Origin: an uncultured bacterium
GTDB taxonomy: Bacteria > Verrucomicrobiota > Verrucomicrobiia > Limisphaerales > UBA8199
Assembly: GCA_963749495.1 (NCBI GenBank)
Contig: CAVVMW010000001.1
Span: 32,001-96,000 of the forward strand
Length of the DNA stretch: 64,000 nt
Direction of reading: 5' to 3'
The position numbers and the translations under genes are program-made. The notes beneath the pieces were generated by a model. It saw nothing but the letters and a program-made list of their open reading frames with translations, searched no databases and was not told where the DNA came from. This document shows, in pieces, positions 11,675 to 22,489 of this stretch (positions are counted from its first letter, which is position 1; the number at the start of each line of letters is the position of its first letter).

Positions 11675-12622
11675 ATGTATTCGAAGAATGATGTGGTGCG
11701 AGGATGCGAGCGCCCGGAGACGCCTGGAATCTCTCGAAGGGCTTCGGTCTTGCGCCCACAGGAAGGCGTCCTCTGTCGATTCTGGCCCACCGCTCGGAAC
11801 CTGTTCGCCGCCATTCTGGCGGCGGCGGCTCTGGCCGGTTGCGATCGGCAGGCCGGGCAATCGCAACCTGCCGGGATTCAGGTCATCCACACTCGATGTG
11901 GCATGGATATGGTTTCCATACCCGCCGGCCAGTTCACCATGGGTGTGAACGAAGGCCCCATCGAACGCCAAGCCGGCGCATCAAGTCAAAGTGGACGGCT
12001 TTCTCATGGATCAGCAGGAAATCACCCAGGAGGTTTACCAGAAAGTCACCGGGAAAAACCCCTCCCGCCGCAAGAATCCCCGGAACCCCGCCGAGCAGGT
12101 CACCTGGTCGGCGGCAGTGACGTTCTGCAATGCGCGGTCGGCGCAAGAAGGTCTGAGGCCTTGCTATGACACACACACGTGGGAGTGCGATTTTTCCGCC
12201 AGCGGATACCGGTTGCCCACCGAAGCGGAGTGGGAGTATGCCTGCCGCGCCGGCAGCAGCACCCGCTTTTATTTCGGAGAGAGTGCCGAAGAACTGAAAT
12301 CCTTCGCATGGTTCGATGGCAATTCTCAGTCCAAGCCCCACCCGGCCGGCCAACGCAAGCCAAATGCCTGGGGCTCTATGACATGGCCGGCAACGTCTGG
12401 GAATGGTGCAACGATTTCTACGCAGCCAAATATTACCGCGACAGTCCCGGAGACAACCCCCGCGGTCCGCGACAGGGCGAGAAGCGGGTGCTCCGAGGAG
12501 GCGCGTGGTCGAGCAGCGCGGCCAATTGCACTTCCTGGGTGCGAAACTGCGACGAAGCCGGCACGACCGACGTGTGCTTAACCATGGACTCAAACGGTTT
12601 CCGGTGCGTTCGCAGGAAATGA
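11675..12622 (+). CDS. FGE-sulfatase (SUMF1/EgtB/PvdO-like) domain lipoprotein with two frameshifts (~11965, ~12372)
   Basis: [56 protein letters not shown] spread over three frames. Confidence 0.82.
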
Positions 12623-12781
12623 TGGCCACGCCGCGCACCGTGTTGGAGAATTGGAATCCCCCCGCTCCTCCTCCTCGCCTCCGCTCCACTCGACCCATTC
12701 ATGGCCCCTGGGCCACCGCCGCAAGTGGATTTGTTCGCGTGACGCGGCAGCGATTCCGCGCTAACATGAGCCGGATTGAAT

Positions 12782-13018
12782 ATGAGCACGCTGACACAAA
12801 GGAAGCCCGGCTCCAGCTTCGACCGGGCGTTGGCCACCGTGGACGCGCTGGCGGTGGATGAACAGGAAGCACTCGTGGACGTGGTTCGAAAGCGCATCGC
12901 CGCCGCACGCCGCGCCGCGCTGGCTCAAGAAGTGGCCGGGAGCCGCCGCGATTACCGGCGAGGCAATGTCCGGCGTGGGACGGCCGACAACCTTATGGCC
13001 GAATTGCGCCGCGCATGA
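12782..13018 (+). CDS. Putative antitoxin
   Basis: FDRALATVDALAVDEQEALVDVVRKR..RGTADNLMAEL; ATGA overlap with the RelE-like gene. Confidence 0.7.
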   Translation: MSTLTQRKPGSSFDRALATVDALAVDEQEALVDVVRKRIAAARRAALAQEVAGSRRDYRRGNVRRGTADNLMAELRRA

Positions 13019-13296
13019 AACTGGTTTGGACGCCACGCTTCATTCGCGCTGTGCGCCGGCTGAACCGGCGCCAGCCCGCGCTGTTGGAGGACTTGCAGTC
13101 CACGCTCCGGCGGTTGGAGCACGACCCGTTTGACGCCGCCCTTCGCACGCACAAACTCAAGGGCGCTCTCAAAGACTGCTGGGCCTGCTCGGTTGGATTT
13201 GATTGCCGGCTGGTCTTCGCAATCGTGAAGAACCCGCAGACGAAGGAGAACGAAATCGTGCTCCACACCGCGGGGACGCACGATGAGGTTTACTGA
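13015..13296 (+). CDS. YafQ/RelE-family mRNA interferase toxin
   Basis: WTPRFIRAVRRL..LRTHKLKGALKDCWACSVGFDCRLVF..GTHDEVY. Confidence 0.85.
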   Translation: MKLVWTPRFIRAVRRLNRRQPALLEDLQSTLRRLEHDPFDAALRTHKLKGALKDCWACSVGFDCRLVFAIVKNPQTKENEIVLHTAGTHDEVY

Positions 13297-13298
13297 GC

Positions 13299-13472
13299 CT
13301 CTCCAACTACAACGGCGAGGACTGGCCCCAGGAGGTGAAAAGGGCGCTCCGGGATACCGGCTTCCAGGTCACCCTCGCCCGCGGCTGCGAATGGGCCGCC
13401 ACCGGGACCGTCACCCTCCCGGCGCCCGCTCCGGAGGAGATGCCCGCCGACCACGTCGGTTTGGCAAAATAA
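13299..13472 (+). pseudogene. 3' fragment of a ThuA-like domain gene
   Basis: GFQVTLARGCEWAATGTVT..*, no start codon, begins directly after the toxin stop. Confidence 0.5.
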
Positions 13473-13721
13473 GCCCGACCCACACAAAGCGCCCTGATTG
13501 CGAACGCGTTGCCAACAACTCCTGCAAGCAGAGATTGCCAAGCCCAGAGGCCCGCGCTCACTGGCTGATCCTCGCCGGCCTTCACCCGACCGTCTGCTGA
13601 GCTGACAGTTGGCATGCCCAAGGGGTTTTGAGTCGCCGCAGCGCCCGATGCTGTCAGACCTTTTGACGCCCCAAGAGAAAGTTTGTCGGATTTCGACGGC
13701 AGCGGCTGTATAACGGGTGAG

Positions 13722-15152
13722 ATGCTCGACCCATCCGACGCCCAATTGCTGCGCGACTACGCCGAACAGGGCAACGAAGCCGCCTTTCGCGAGATCGTCA
13801 CCCGGCACGCCGGCCTGGTGTATTCCGCCGCGCTGCGCCAGGTGGATTCGGCCGACCTCGCCGGCGATGTCGCCCAGAACGTCTTTGTCGATCTCGCCCG
13901 CAAGGCGCGTCCGCTGGCCAGCCAACTGGCGGAGGGCGCTTCCCTCGTCGGGTGGCTTTACCGCAGCACGCGCTTCGCGTCACTCAACCAATTGCGCCGC
14001 GACCGCCGCCGTCTCAGGCACGAAAGGGAGGCCATGGAACAACTGCTCACCAACTCCGAAACCTCGCCCGACTGGGAACGCATCCGCCCCGTGCTCGACG
14101 ACGCGATGGCCAGCTTGGACGAGGAGGACCGCGACGCGCTGCTGCTGCGCTTCTTCAAGAAACAAGACCTGCGCGCGGTGGGCAGCGCGCTGGGCGTCGG
14201 CGATGACGCCGCGCAAAAGCGCGTGAGCCGGGCCGTCGAACGCCTGCGCGAATTCTTCGCCAAACGCGGCGTGACGATCGGCGCGAGCGGGCTCGTCCTC
14301 GCCATCACCGCCAACGCCGTGCAAGCTGCCCCGGCTGGACTCGTCGCCGCAATCTCAGCGGCTGCCGGACTGGCTGGAACAACCGTCGCCGCTGCTGCAA
14401 CCGCCACCCAAGCCATCGCCATGACCACACTGCAAAAAACCCTGCTCACCGCCACGCTCGCCGTCGCCGTTGGCGCGGGAATTTACGAAGCGCGGCAAGC
14501 TTCAAGCCTGCGAAACCAGGTTCAAGTGCTCCAACAGAAGCACGCCCCGCTCGCCGAGCAAATCGAGCAACTGACCCGCGAACGCAACGAAACCACGCGT
14601 CGGTTCGCCGCATTGCTCGATGACGAGGAACGCCTGAACCGCAACACTCCCGAGTTGCTGAAACTCCGTGCGGAGGTGACTCGACTGCGCTCTCTGCAAA
14701 ATCAATCAGCCGCTCAACGAGGAGTGTCGTCATCGGAACTGCCCGAATGGAAACCCGATCAGTTGATGAACGCCGGCAGATCCACGCCACAAAATGCGGC
14801 GCAAACCTTTTTCTGGGCAGAGGCCACCACGAACTTAATTGAAATGGCTGACAGCATCGTGCCTGATGCAAGTGATCCGCCATCGGATGAAGCGATTCAG
14901 GATTTCGTCAAAAGTCCCACGCGACACAAAATCAGCGAACTCCTCAAACTCAGAGTGCTTTCGCAGACGAACATCAGCGGAGACGAAGTTCAGTTGGAAC
15001 TTTACGCGCAATCCGCTCAGGACCTAGGAGTCTCCAGAGCTATCACACTGCGAAATGTCGAGGGTCAATGGAAGTTTGTGCTGTACAACACGCGTGATGC
15101 AGACGGGAGAATTCATTACGTTGACCTTGGCAAGAAACACTCTCTTCCTTGA
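13722..15152 (+). CDS. ECF sigma factor fused to TM helix + coiled coil + extracytoplasmic domain
   Basis: DAQLLRDY..AFREIVTRHAGLVYSAALR..AAQKRVSRAVERLR; AMTTLQK-TM; ELLKLRAEVTRLR. Confidence 0.9.
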   Translation: MLDPSDAQLLRDYAEQGNEAAFREIVTRHAGLVYSAALRQVDSADLAGDVAQNVFVDLARKARPLASQLAEGASLVGWLYRSTRFASLNQLRRDRRRLRHEREAMEQLLTNSETSPDWERIRPVLDDAMASLDEEDRDALLLRFFKKQDLRAVGSALGVGDDAAQKRVSRAVERLREFFAKRGVTIGASGLVLAITANAVQAAPAGLVAAISAAAGLAGTTVAAAATATQAIAMTTLQKTLLTATLAVAVGAGIYEARQASSLRNQVQVLQQKHAPLAEQIEQLTRERNETTRRFAALLDDEERLNRNTPELLKLRAEVTRLRSLQNQSAAQRGVSSSELPEWKPDQLMNAGRSTPQNAAQTFFWAEATTNLIEMADSIVPDASDPPSDEAIQDFVKSPTRHKISELLKLRVLSQTNISGDEVQLELYAQSAQDLGVSRAITLRNVEGQWKFVLYNTRDADGRIHYVDLGKKHSLP

Positions 15153-15336
15153 TTTGCGAAACAAACCCCCTGACACGGCTTCGCCGCAATGTCGCGACCC
15201 AAGCGCCCCGCCGGTTCCTGTTGCTGCGTCCTCACCCCCCGTAGCGTCAATCACCGGCATGACATTTCTCGGCGGGGATCGGGACGAGAGAATTCATGTT
15301 ACTTTCCACGGCGGCCGGGGGATCTAATATGTGGGC

Positions 15337-17580
15337 ATGCAAGACGCGGAACTGCTGCGGAGTTATCTGAAGGACGGGTCCGAAGAGGCGTTCACTGAAC
15401 TGGTGAGTCGCTATGCGGGCCTGGTCTATTCCACCGCCAGCCGGCAGCTTGGCGACGCCTCCCTGGCGGAGGAGGTCAGCCAGACGGTCTTCTGCGTGCT
15501 CGCGCGCAAGGCCGGCAGCCTGAGCGGCAAGCCGACGCTGGCGGGTTGGCTCTATCGCGCCACGTGGTTTGCCGCTGCCAAGGCGCGGCGAGCCGAACGC
15601 CGGCGGCGCCGACTCGAAGAGGAGGCCTCGCAAATGAACGTGGACGATCCGGCAGTAGAGGCAACGTGGGCGCATCTGTCGCCCATGCTCGACCTGGCGC
15701 TCAACCAGCTTGGCGAAAAAGAACGTCTGGCGGTGCTGCTCCGGTTTTTCCAGCGCAAGCCGATGCGCGAGATCGGCCAGACGCTCGGCGTCAGCGAAGA
15801 GGCGGCCAAGATGCGCGTGGGCAGGGCAGTCGAGCACCTGAGGCAGTTCTTCGCCAGGCGCGGTGTCGCCTGTTCCGCAGCCGCCCTGGCGGTCGTGCTC
15901 ACGGAAAAGGCCGGGGCGGCGACTCCGCCCTCAGTCATCTTGAAGATTCTCGAGTCCAGCATGTCCGCGGCAACCGCTCCCGCAGTCTCGGTCTGGTCAA
16001 TCTCTCATCTCCTCATGCTTATGGCCAAAATCAACACAAAGACGGTGGTAGCCTCAAGTCTGGGCGCGCTCCTCGCGCTCACTCTTGGACTTCATGTCCT
16101 GATCGTCAACTCGTCCGGCGGAAAGAGCGCAGGCGGCAATGTCCCCGGGCATCGCGCGGACGCTTCAAACCCAAATCCAGCGGGCAATCTCCTCTCGCGG
16201 GGGGCGTCACCGGCGTCCCTGCGCAGAGGCAATGCCTCGGGTCCTTTGAGCGCCGCCAGGCTGGCCGAGTTGACTGCCCGCTTGCGCGCCGTCTTGCACA
16301 CGCGCGGAACGAGGCAACACCCCCTTCGGAACCAGGAAATCGCCTTGGCGGTCTGGCAACTGATGGGCAATCCTCAAGCCGCGTTCGCCGTCCTCAAGGA
16401 GGCTGCCCAAGACTCCGAGCTCTTCGTCCAGCAGGGTGCCATCTACGGTATGGGCCAGTTGGGGAAGTCAGTGCCCGAGGCGATCCCCTATCTTTGGGAC
16501 GTGCTCCACGCGCCGCCGCCCGAAGGCAGCGCCGCGAATAGCTTCGAGCATTACTCCCCTCGGTTTGATGCTTTTAATGCCCTTGCGGCCATTGGCTTTG
16601 AACCGCAGGATATCCAGACGCTGTCGGAGCTTTTGCCCACCGAATTGGTGAAGCACACTCCTATGGCCAGCAGCGTTCCGGCTGCGATCTCCGGCCTGAT
16701 CGAGCAAAACCCCCAGTCGGCTGCGCCCTACATACCCGCGGTGGAGGGCCTGCTGAACAACCCGGACGCGGACGTGAGGCTCTTCGCCGCCCTTGCCCTG
16801 GCCAAACATGAAGGGGCCGACAATCCGCAGGTGTTTCAGGAAATCCAAGCGCTCTATCAGCGCCCGGATGACACCCTCTCGAAATACTACAAGGCCTTGG
16901 CGCTGGATAATCTTCAAAAGTTGGGTCCGATGGCCAAACCGCTCGTCCCAGTCCTCACGGATTTCGCCCAGTCAGCCGACGAAGTGTTTCTCCGGCAGCA
17001 GGCGCACCTGACCCTGGCCAGCATCGATCCGGACCTGCGAAACACCGTGCCGGAAGTGGATCAGGCGCTCCAAGGAGCAGAGGACGCGAAGGCATGGGCC
17101 GACAAATGGATGTCAGGTGCTTACAACCTTGGGGACCTCCAGGCCGCTTTGAAGGATCCCGCGCAGGCGCTCACCGCGGCAGTTCAATTGGGCGACCTGG
17201 GCGCGGCTGCGCAAAGCACGGTGCCGGACATGATCAAGGCCCTGTGGGGAAAGGACCAGGAGACACGTGACAAGATCCTCGAAGCCATCCAGAAAATTGA
17301 TCCGCAAGTGACGGTTTCCAGGGTGGACGCCTACGCAATCGATACCGGTTTCATATATGCGCGGGCGGCCCTAAAGCACGGCCCCTCGGCCCCGCTACAG
17401 GACAAGCTGTTGGAAAGCTCCCTGCCTCCAGGCTCCACCTGGTACACCCGCGAGGAACTGGTTGATTTCGTGAACCGCCTCGCCGCCCAGCGCCCGGACA
17501 TCTCCCGGGCCTTTGTCGAAGGAGTTCTCTCCGAGGCCCCCGGCCTGAAGGACCTGCTTCAGCCGGCAAAGACCAAGTGA
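15337..17580 (+). CDS. ECF sigma factor fused to TM helix + HEAT-repeat C-terminal domain
   Basis: DAELLRSY..AFTELVSRYAGLVYSTA..AAKMRVGRAVEHLR; TM helix; HEAT-like repeats (VRLFAALALA). Confidence 0.9.
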   Translation: MQDAELLRSYLKDGSEEAFTELVSRYAGLVYSTASRQLGDASLAEEVSQTVFCVLARKAGSLSGKPTLAGWLYRATWFAAAKARRAERRRRRLEEEASQMNVDDPAVEATWAHLSPMLDLALNQLGEKERLAVLLRFFQRKPMREIGQTLGVSEEAAKMRVGRAVEHLRQFFARRGVACSAAALAVVLTEKAGAATPPSVILKILESSMSAATAPAVSVWSISHLLMLMAKINTKTVVASSLGALLALTLGLHVLIVNSSGGKSAGGNVPGHRADASNPNPAGNLLSRGASPASLRRGNASGPLSAARLAELTARLRAVLHTRGTRQHPLRNQEIALAVWQLMGNPQAAFAVLKEAAQDSELFVQQGAIYGMGQLGKSVPEAIPYLWDVLHAPPPEGSAANSFEHYSPRFDAFNALAAIGFEPQDIQTLSELLPTELVKHTPMASSVPAAISGLIEQNPQSAAPYIPAVEGLLNNPDADVRLFAALALAKHEGADNPQVFQEIQALYQRPDDTLSKYYKALALDNLQKLGPMAKPLVPVLTDFAQSADEVFLRQQAHLTLASIDPDLRNTVPEVDQALQGAEDAKAWADKWMSGAYNLGDLQAALKDPAQALTAAVQLGDLGAAAQSTVPDMIKALWGKDQETRDKILEAIQKIDPQVTVSRVDAYAIDTGFIYARAALKHGPSAPLQDKLLESSLPPGSTWYTREELVDFVNRLAAQRPDISRAFVEGVLSEAPGLKDLLQPAKTK

Positions 17581-17603
17581 AGAGAATCGCGCACAGATAG
17601 TTA

Positions 17604-17745
17604 GAGCCCGTCCCAGAAGCTCTGATTCCGCACCTTCGTCGCGGCCTTTGTCGGCACCTTTGTCGAGAATTGGCCAATCCGACAAAGGTTTCGACAAAGG
17701 CTGCGACAAAGGTCCCCCGTTCGCGGGGTTTTTGGGGACAGGCTC
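17604..17745. mobile_element. MITE (142 bp) sharing ends with the IS at 51888-53931
   Basis: Ends gagcccgtccca / ggggacaggctc vs IS gagcctgtccca / tgggacaggctc; flanks tagtta / tggtta; internal cctttgtcg / cgacaaagg repeats. Confidence 0.75.
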
Positions 17746-17748
17746 TGG

Positions 17749-19218
17749 TTACTGTGCTCCGGCAAGCCGGATCGTTCCCAGCCGGTAGCGCCGCTGGCCG
17801 TCGCAACCGGACAAAGGCAAGGCAATGACCGGCGTGCCGTCGCGCTGGCCGACGGAGATGAACACGTCGTAAGTCCCCGGCTTTGTTACGGGCCCAATTC
17901 TGCCGAACGCATCGGGCTGCAGGCGGCCAACCACAAATTCCGCTGCCGTTTTTTCCACCGGCGCCTCACCCGGCGGGCCAGGGCGCAGTTGGCTCAGGTC
18001 GAATCCCTCGTTCACGTTCACCGACACCAAGCCGCCTTTCTCATCCTTAAGAGTCAGCGCCCAGAAGCCGCCGGGGTAACACGGCGCCACGCCCGCATCG
18101 GCCCAGTCGGCCTGGACCGTGAACGGCGAATTCACCGGCGCCTCTTCCGGCCAGGAGGCGCCGCGCAATTGCACCCGGTAGCCCAGCCGGCGGTTGATGC
18201 GTTCGATGGCCGCGCGGTTTTCCGCCAGCTCTTCGCGCGGCCACCAGTGGATGGACATGTAGCTGGCGTGGTATTCCTCCACCGACTTGAGCAGCAGGTT
18301 GCCGCTCCAGGCCCCACGCTGTTTGGACGCGCCGAAGTGTTCGTGCTCGAGAATGACCGGCACCGCCGGCCAGAAGTCCTGCGCCATCTCGGCGTGATAC
18401 CACGAGTGCGGCGGCGGTTGCACCAGGATGCTGTCGTCGCGCAACGTCAGACCCCGCGCCCGCGCGTAATCGGTCAGCGGAAAATGCCGCCCGGGTTTGT
18501 CGGGGCCGGCCACATCGTCGTTAATGGCCAGCAGGGTGTGGTGAAAATGTTCGAGGTGCAGGTCGATGTGCCGCTTCACGGCGGCCTCGGTCTGCGCCTC
18601 GTCGAGCCGGCTGCTGCCCCCGGTGTGGCCTTCCCCCCACATGCCGAACGAACCCACGTCCAGGAAGGCCACATTCGGGTTGCCGTCGTAGCGCCGGGCC
18701 AGGGCCGCAAGGAACCGGTCGAGCTTTTGCAGAAAAACCGGGTCCAGGAAACCCGGATCCCACAGCGGCCCGCCGGGCTTGGGGCCTTTGCCCCATTCGT
18801 AATCCACGCCCTTGGCGCCGGCATCGCGCACCCATTTGGGGGTGGCATACTGCATCCAGCTTTCGGAGCAAGTGATTCGCAAGGCAATGCGTTTGCCCTT
18901 GGCAATCCACCGCTGCGCCGGCGTGTCCAGCAGGGCCCAATTGAATTGCCCCTCCGCCGGCTCCAGCAGCGCCCAGGGCACCCGCAAATAGACCACCGAC
19001 AAGCCCGGGAAATCATCCACCGTATCCGAAGGCTCGAGACGCGACCCGTAGTTCCGCGGTATGTTCGAGTAGAAATGCAGCGTCCAGCCCATCCCTGGAT
19101 TGACCAGCGCCTCCCCGGTGTCCGCCGGGTGGACGCTCACCCGGCGCGGTTCACTCTCCCCGGCGAGCGCGGCCGCCTCGAGCAGGCAAGCCAAGATCGC
19201 AACAGAAGGCACTTTCAT
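17749..19218 (-). CDS. Secreted glycoside hydrolase-like protein (beta-galactosidase-like / DUF4832)
   Basis: LVNPGMGW; YLRVPWALLEPAEGQFNW; FGMWGEGH; RRLGYRVQL. Confidence 0.75.
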   Translation of the reverse strand: MKVPSVAILACLLEAAALAGESEPRRVSVHPADTGEALVNPGMGWTLHFYSNIPRNYGSRLEPSDTVDDFPGLSVVYLRVPWALLEPAEGQFNWALLDTPAQRWIAKGKRIALRITCSESWMQYATPKWVRDAGAKGVDYEWGKGPKPGGPLWDPGFLDPVFLQKLDRFLAALARRYDGNPNVAFLDVGSFGMWGEGHTGGSSRLDEAQTEAAVKRHIDLHLEHFHHTLLAINDDVAGPDKPGRHFPLTDYARARGLTLRDDSILVQPPPHSWYHAEMAQDFWPAVPVILEHEHFGASKQRGAWSGNLLLKSVEEYHASYMSIHWWPREELAENRAAIERINRRLGYRVQLRGASWPEEAPVNSPFTVQADWADAGVAPCYPGGFWALTLKDEKGGLVSVNVNEGFDLSQLRPGPPGEAPVEKTAAEFVVGRLQPDAFGRIGPVTKPGTYDVFISVGQRDGTPVIALPLSGCDGQRRYRLGTIRLAGAQ

Positions 19219-19546
19219 CTGTTTTAAGAAGGTTTGCACGGCCCAAAAAGAGCCGCAAGGACGTGCGGAAGTCAAGCGCGGTGCCCGAGTCTGGCCCCCC
19301 GATGGGTGTGAGACAGAACTCTCGTTGGACCTCCGGATCGCAGACCCCAGAGCCAAGCCGGGCCTTCGGTCCTCTGTTTCCTTCGTTCCCTTCTGTTCTT
19401 TAGGGAGGCTGGACTCAGAGGTGTCGCAGCATCATGTTGGCGGCGAATGGAAAAGGGTAGCTGCACCCGCTCTTTCCATTTTTCTCGGTGCCGCGAGGCG
19501 CCGGGCCCCCTGGCAGTCCCGCTGGGCCTTGCCCAGGAGTGCGCCC

Positions 19547-20059
19547 TCAACGGTCGCTCCAGCTCGTGGAAATGACTTGCAGAATCTGCTCCGGCTTCGT
19601 CAGCCCGATTCGCGCCGACAACTCGTTCACTTCGTCCAACAACGGCCGGTAGGTCTTCTTATACCAGAAGGAGGCGCGCCAGCCCAAGTCGTCGAATGGG
19701 AGCCCAAGAGTGATCGTGCAAGACTCTCCCGGTTGTAACCGCTTTACCCCCGGGTGGAATGGCAGCGTCCCCATCATGTACACTCCTGTGGTCACTGCGG
19801 CTTTGGGCATGAAGTTGGTACGCCATTGGCCGGTGCGGTTTTCCAGGCTGTACGTCGGAACCAGGCACACGTCGAACCGTCCTGAGTTCGCCACCCGGAA
19901 CGTCGCGTGCCTTGCGCCCGCGGGATCGTTGGTGACCGACACGGCATTCACCGTGACCTGAAAACCTGGGCCGAGGCGCAGCAAGGCGCGGAAACAGAGG
20001 AAGCCGCCAACGGCAAGCACCAGCAGGCCGGCAGCCGCGCAAGTAATTTTTCGTCTCAT
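19547..20059 (-). CDS. Hypothetical protein with an N-terminal membrane anchor
   Basis: 170-aa ORF with a hydrophobic N-terminus and an AG-rich RBS-like stretch upstream. Confidence 0.65.
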   Translation of the reverse strand: MRRKITCAAAGLLVLAVGGFLCFRALLRLGPGFQVTVNAVSVTNDPAGARHATFRVANSGRFDVCLVPTYSLENRTGQWRTNFMPKAAVTTGVYMMGTLPFHPGVKRLQPGESCTITLGLPFDDLGWRASFWYKKTYRPLLDEVNELSARIGLTKPEQILQVISTSWSDR

Positions 20060-20250
20060 ATCGCTTCTCTCCCATTGGACCCGTCTTTGGACAAAACGTC
20101 ACGCGCCTTTGATCTCCGGGGTCTGCCGACAAGCTGCAAATCGCCCCGGACCAAGCTGGTTTTCCACAAGCGGCTTCCAGAGGCTCGAAGAGCCCATGTG
20201 ATTTTTTGGCGGATTCTTCTCTCAGCCGGCGTTTTACTGGTGAACCGAAG

Positions 20251-21750
20251 ATGACCGAGACCCGGACATTGCTTGCGGACTACGTTAAAGACGGATCGGA
20301 GGAGGCATTTCGTGAACTGGTCGCCCGGTACATCGGGCTTGTGTATTCGACGGCCCTGCGGTTGGTGTGCGGGGATGCCCATTTTGCGGAGGACGTGACT
20401 CAAACGGTGTTTGTGCACCTGGCCCGCAAGGCCCGCACGCTGCCAAGCGAGGTGATGCTGGGGGGCTGGTTGCACCGGGACACCTGTCATGTGGCGGCCA
20501 CGTTGATGCGCGGGGAGCGCCGGCGCCAAAACCGTGAAAGGCAAGCCATGGAACTCCAAGCTCTGCAGGACCACTCCGAAGCCAACCTGGCCCAGCTTGC
20601 GCCTTTTCTGGACGAGGCCATCGACCAACTGGGGAAGGAGGACCGGTTGGCCATCACGTTGCGCTTCTTTGAGCAGCGGGACCTGCGCTCGGTCGGCGAG
20701 GCCCTGGGCAGCAGCGAGAATGCCGCCCAGAAGCGCGTCAGCCGCGCCCTGGAGGCGCTGCGGAATCTCCTCAAACACCGGGGCATCGCTCTCTCCGTCG
20801 GCGCGCTGGGCGCCGCCCTGGGCACGGGAGCCGCCGCGGCCAGCGTGCCCGCCGGGCTGGCGGCCAGTGTCGCCGGGACAGCCTTGGCCGGCGCAGCCGC
20901 CGGCGGGGGCCTCACAGGAGCCGTTTTGGAACTTCTGGCTATGACCAAGCTTAAACTTTGCCTCACTGGCGCCGTCGTGGTTGCCAGCCTCGCTGTCCCT
21001 CTCATCGTGCGGCATCAGGCCCGGCTCGAGTTGCGGGCGCAGGACGAGCGGCTGCGCCAGCGGAAGGATGAGTTGGCTCGATTGGCGGCGGACAACCAGC
21101 GCCTGGCCAGGCTTCTGGCCCAGGCCCGGAGCGCACCGGCCCTCCCGAGGGATCAGTTCACGGAGTTGCTGCGGCTGCGCGGCCAGGTCGGGCGTCTGCG
21201 AACGGAGGCCCGCCTACTGGCGCAGGCGCTCGATGCGGGCGCCCCCTCGGGAGAGGGCAATTGGGGGGACAAGGAAGAAATGTACGCCCAGCGCATCAAC
21301 CAGCTCAAGCAGTGGCTGGGCGAGCACCCCGCCGAGAAGATTCCTGAACTCCAGTTCCTGACCGACCGTGACTGGCTCGATGCCGCCCCGGCGGCGGAGA
21401 ACGGCTTTGATGCCGCCATGAGCCTGCTGCGGGCCAACGCAGAACTCAGAGTCACAGGCAGGTTCTTTGGCGCGCTTGACCAGTACGGCAGGGACCACAA
21501 CGGCCAGTTTCCCGCCGAGGTCGCTCAATTGAAGCCGTATCTGGACCCGCCTGTGGATGACGCCATCCTTGACCGCTACGTGATCCTGCCGGCGACCAAC
21601 CTGGTGCCCGAGCTTCGGTGCGATGGGGATTGGGTGATAACTGAAAAAGCGCCCGTAAATGAAGCCCTGGACGCGCGGAGCGCCACCGGCCTCACTATCG
21701 GAACCTTTGCCGATGGCCGGGTCACCAATCGGTGGGAGCTTCTGCATTGA
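20251..21750 (+). CDS. ECF sigma factor fused to TM helix + coiled coil + extracytoplasmic domain
   Basis: LLADYVKDGSEEAFRELVARYIGLVYSTALR; AMTKLK-TM; ELLRLRGQVGRLR; YGRDHNGQFP. Confidence 0.9.
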   Translation: MTETRTLLADYVKDGSEEAFRELVARYIGLVYSTALRLVCGDAHFAEDVTQTVFVHLARKARTLPSEVMLGGWLHRDTCHVAATLMRGERRRQNRERQAMELQALQDHSEANLAQLAPFLDEAIDQLGKEDRLAITLRFFEQRDLRSVGEALGSSENAAQKRVSRALEALRNLLKHRGIALSVGALGAALGTGAAAASVPAGLAASVAGTALAGAAAGGGLTGAVLELLAMTKLKLCLTGAVVVASLAVPLIVRHQARLELRAQDERLRQRKDELARLAADNQRLARLLAQARSAPALPRDQFTELLRLRGQVGRLRTEARLLAQALDAGAPSGEGNWGDKEEMYAQRINQLKQWLGEHPAEKIPELQFLTDRDWLDAAPAAENGFDAAMSLLRANAELRVTGRFFGALDQYGRDHNGQFPAEVAQLKPYLDPPVDDAILDRYVILPATNLVPELRCDGDWVITEKAPVNEALDARSATGLTIGTFADGRVTNRWELLH

Positions 21751-21771
21751 CACACAGCCAATCGAGAAACC

Positions 21772-22489
21772 ATGAAAACACTGCACGTGAGCCTTATCGG
21801 GGCCGCCGTGATTGCCGGGGTCGTGGTATCCCTGGCGATTCGAGGCCGGACACACGTCGAGATGCGCCAAAGGGAGGCTGCCGCGCGGCAACAGGATCAA
21901 GAACTGGCTGCTCTCGCTGCCGAGCACGAACGGCTTTCCAATCTCGTCGCCCAGCCCGCCGGCGCGCGCAAACGAGCCGGCCGCCGAGTTGGAGAAACTG
22001 CGCGCCCAGGCCTCCGGGCTCCGCGCGCAGAAGGACAACCTCGAAAAGCAGGCCGAAGAAAAAGCGGCGCGCCCGCCAGGCGCGGCCCGATCCAAACCAG
22101 GCCCCCATCCACCCGAGTATTATCAGGAGAAGGACCGGCTCTCAGCCGGCAAGACCTCGGATGGCAGGATCCTCGGCATTGCATTCGCCATGTATGCCAT
22201 GGATCATGATGGCCGATTCCCCTCGACCATGGATGAAGTCGCCACGTATTGCGGGAAGGAAGACATGATCCTTACCGGCACCAATGAGTTCGAAATCCTT
22301 TTCAAGGGATCGACCGCCAACTTGAAGGTGCCGCGGGGCGAGGTGATTGTGTGCCGGGATCGGCAGACCTGGGGCGCGCCCAGCGGAAAGATGGCGAGGA
22401 TTTATATCACGGCGGACGGGGCGGTCCAGACCATCGAATCCGATGACAACTTCCAGGCCTACGAATCGGCGCACATCATCAGCCGCTGA
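21772..22489 (+). CDS. Sigma-less homolog of the ECF C-terminal sensor module (frameshift ~21960)
   Basis: TM + LAAEHERLSNLV; ELEKLRAQASGLR; YAMDHDGRFP..FEILFKGS..EVIVCRDRQ..RIYITADG, paralogous to the 25492-26935 C-terminus. Confidence 0.7.
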
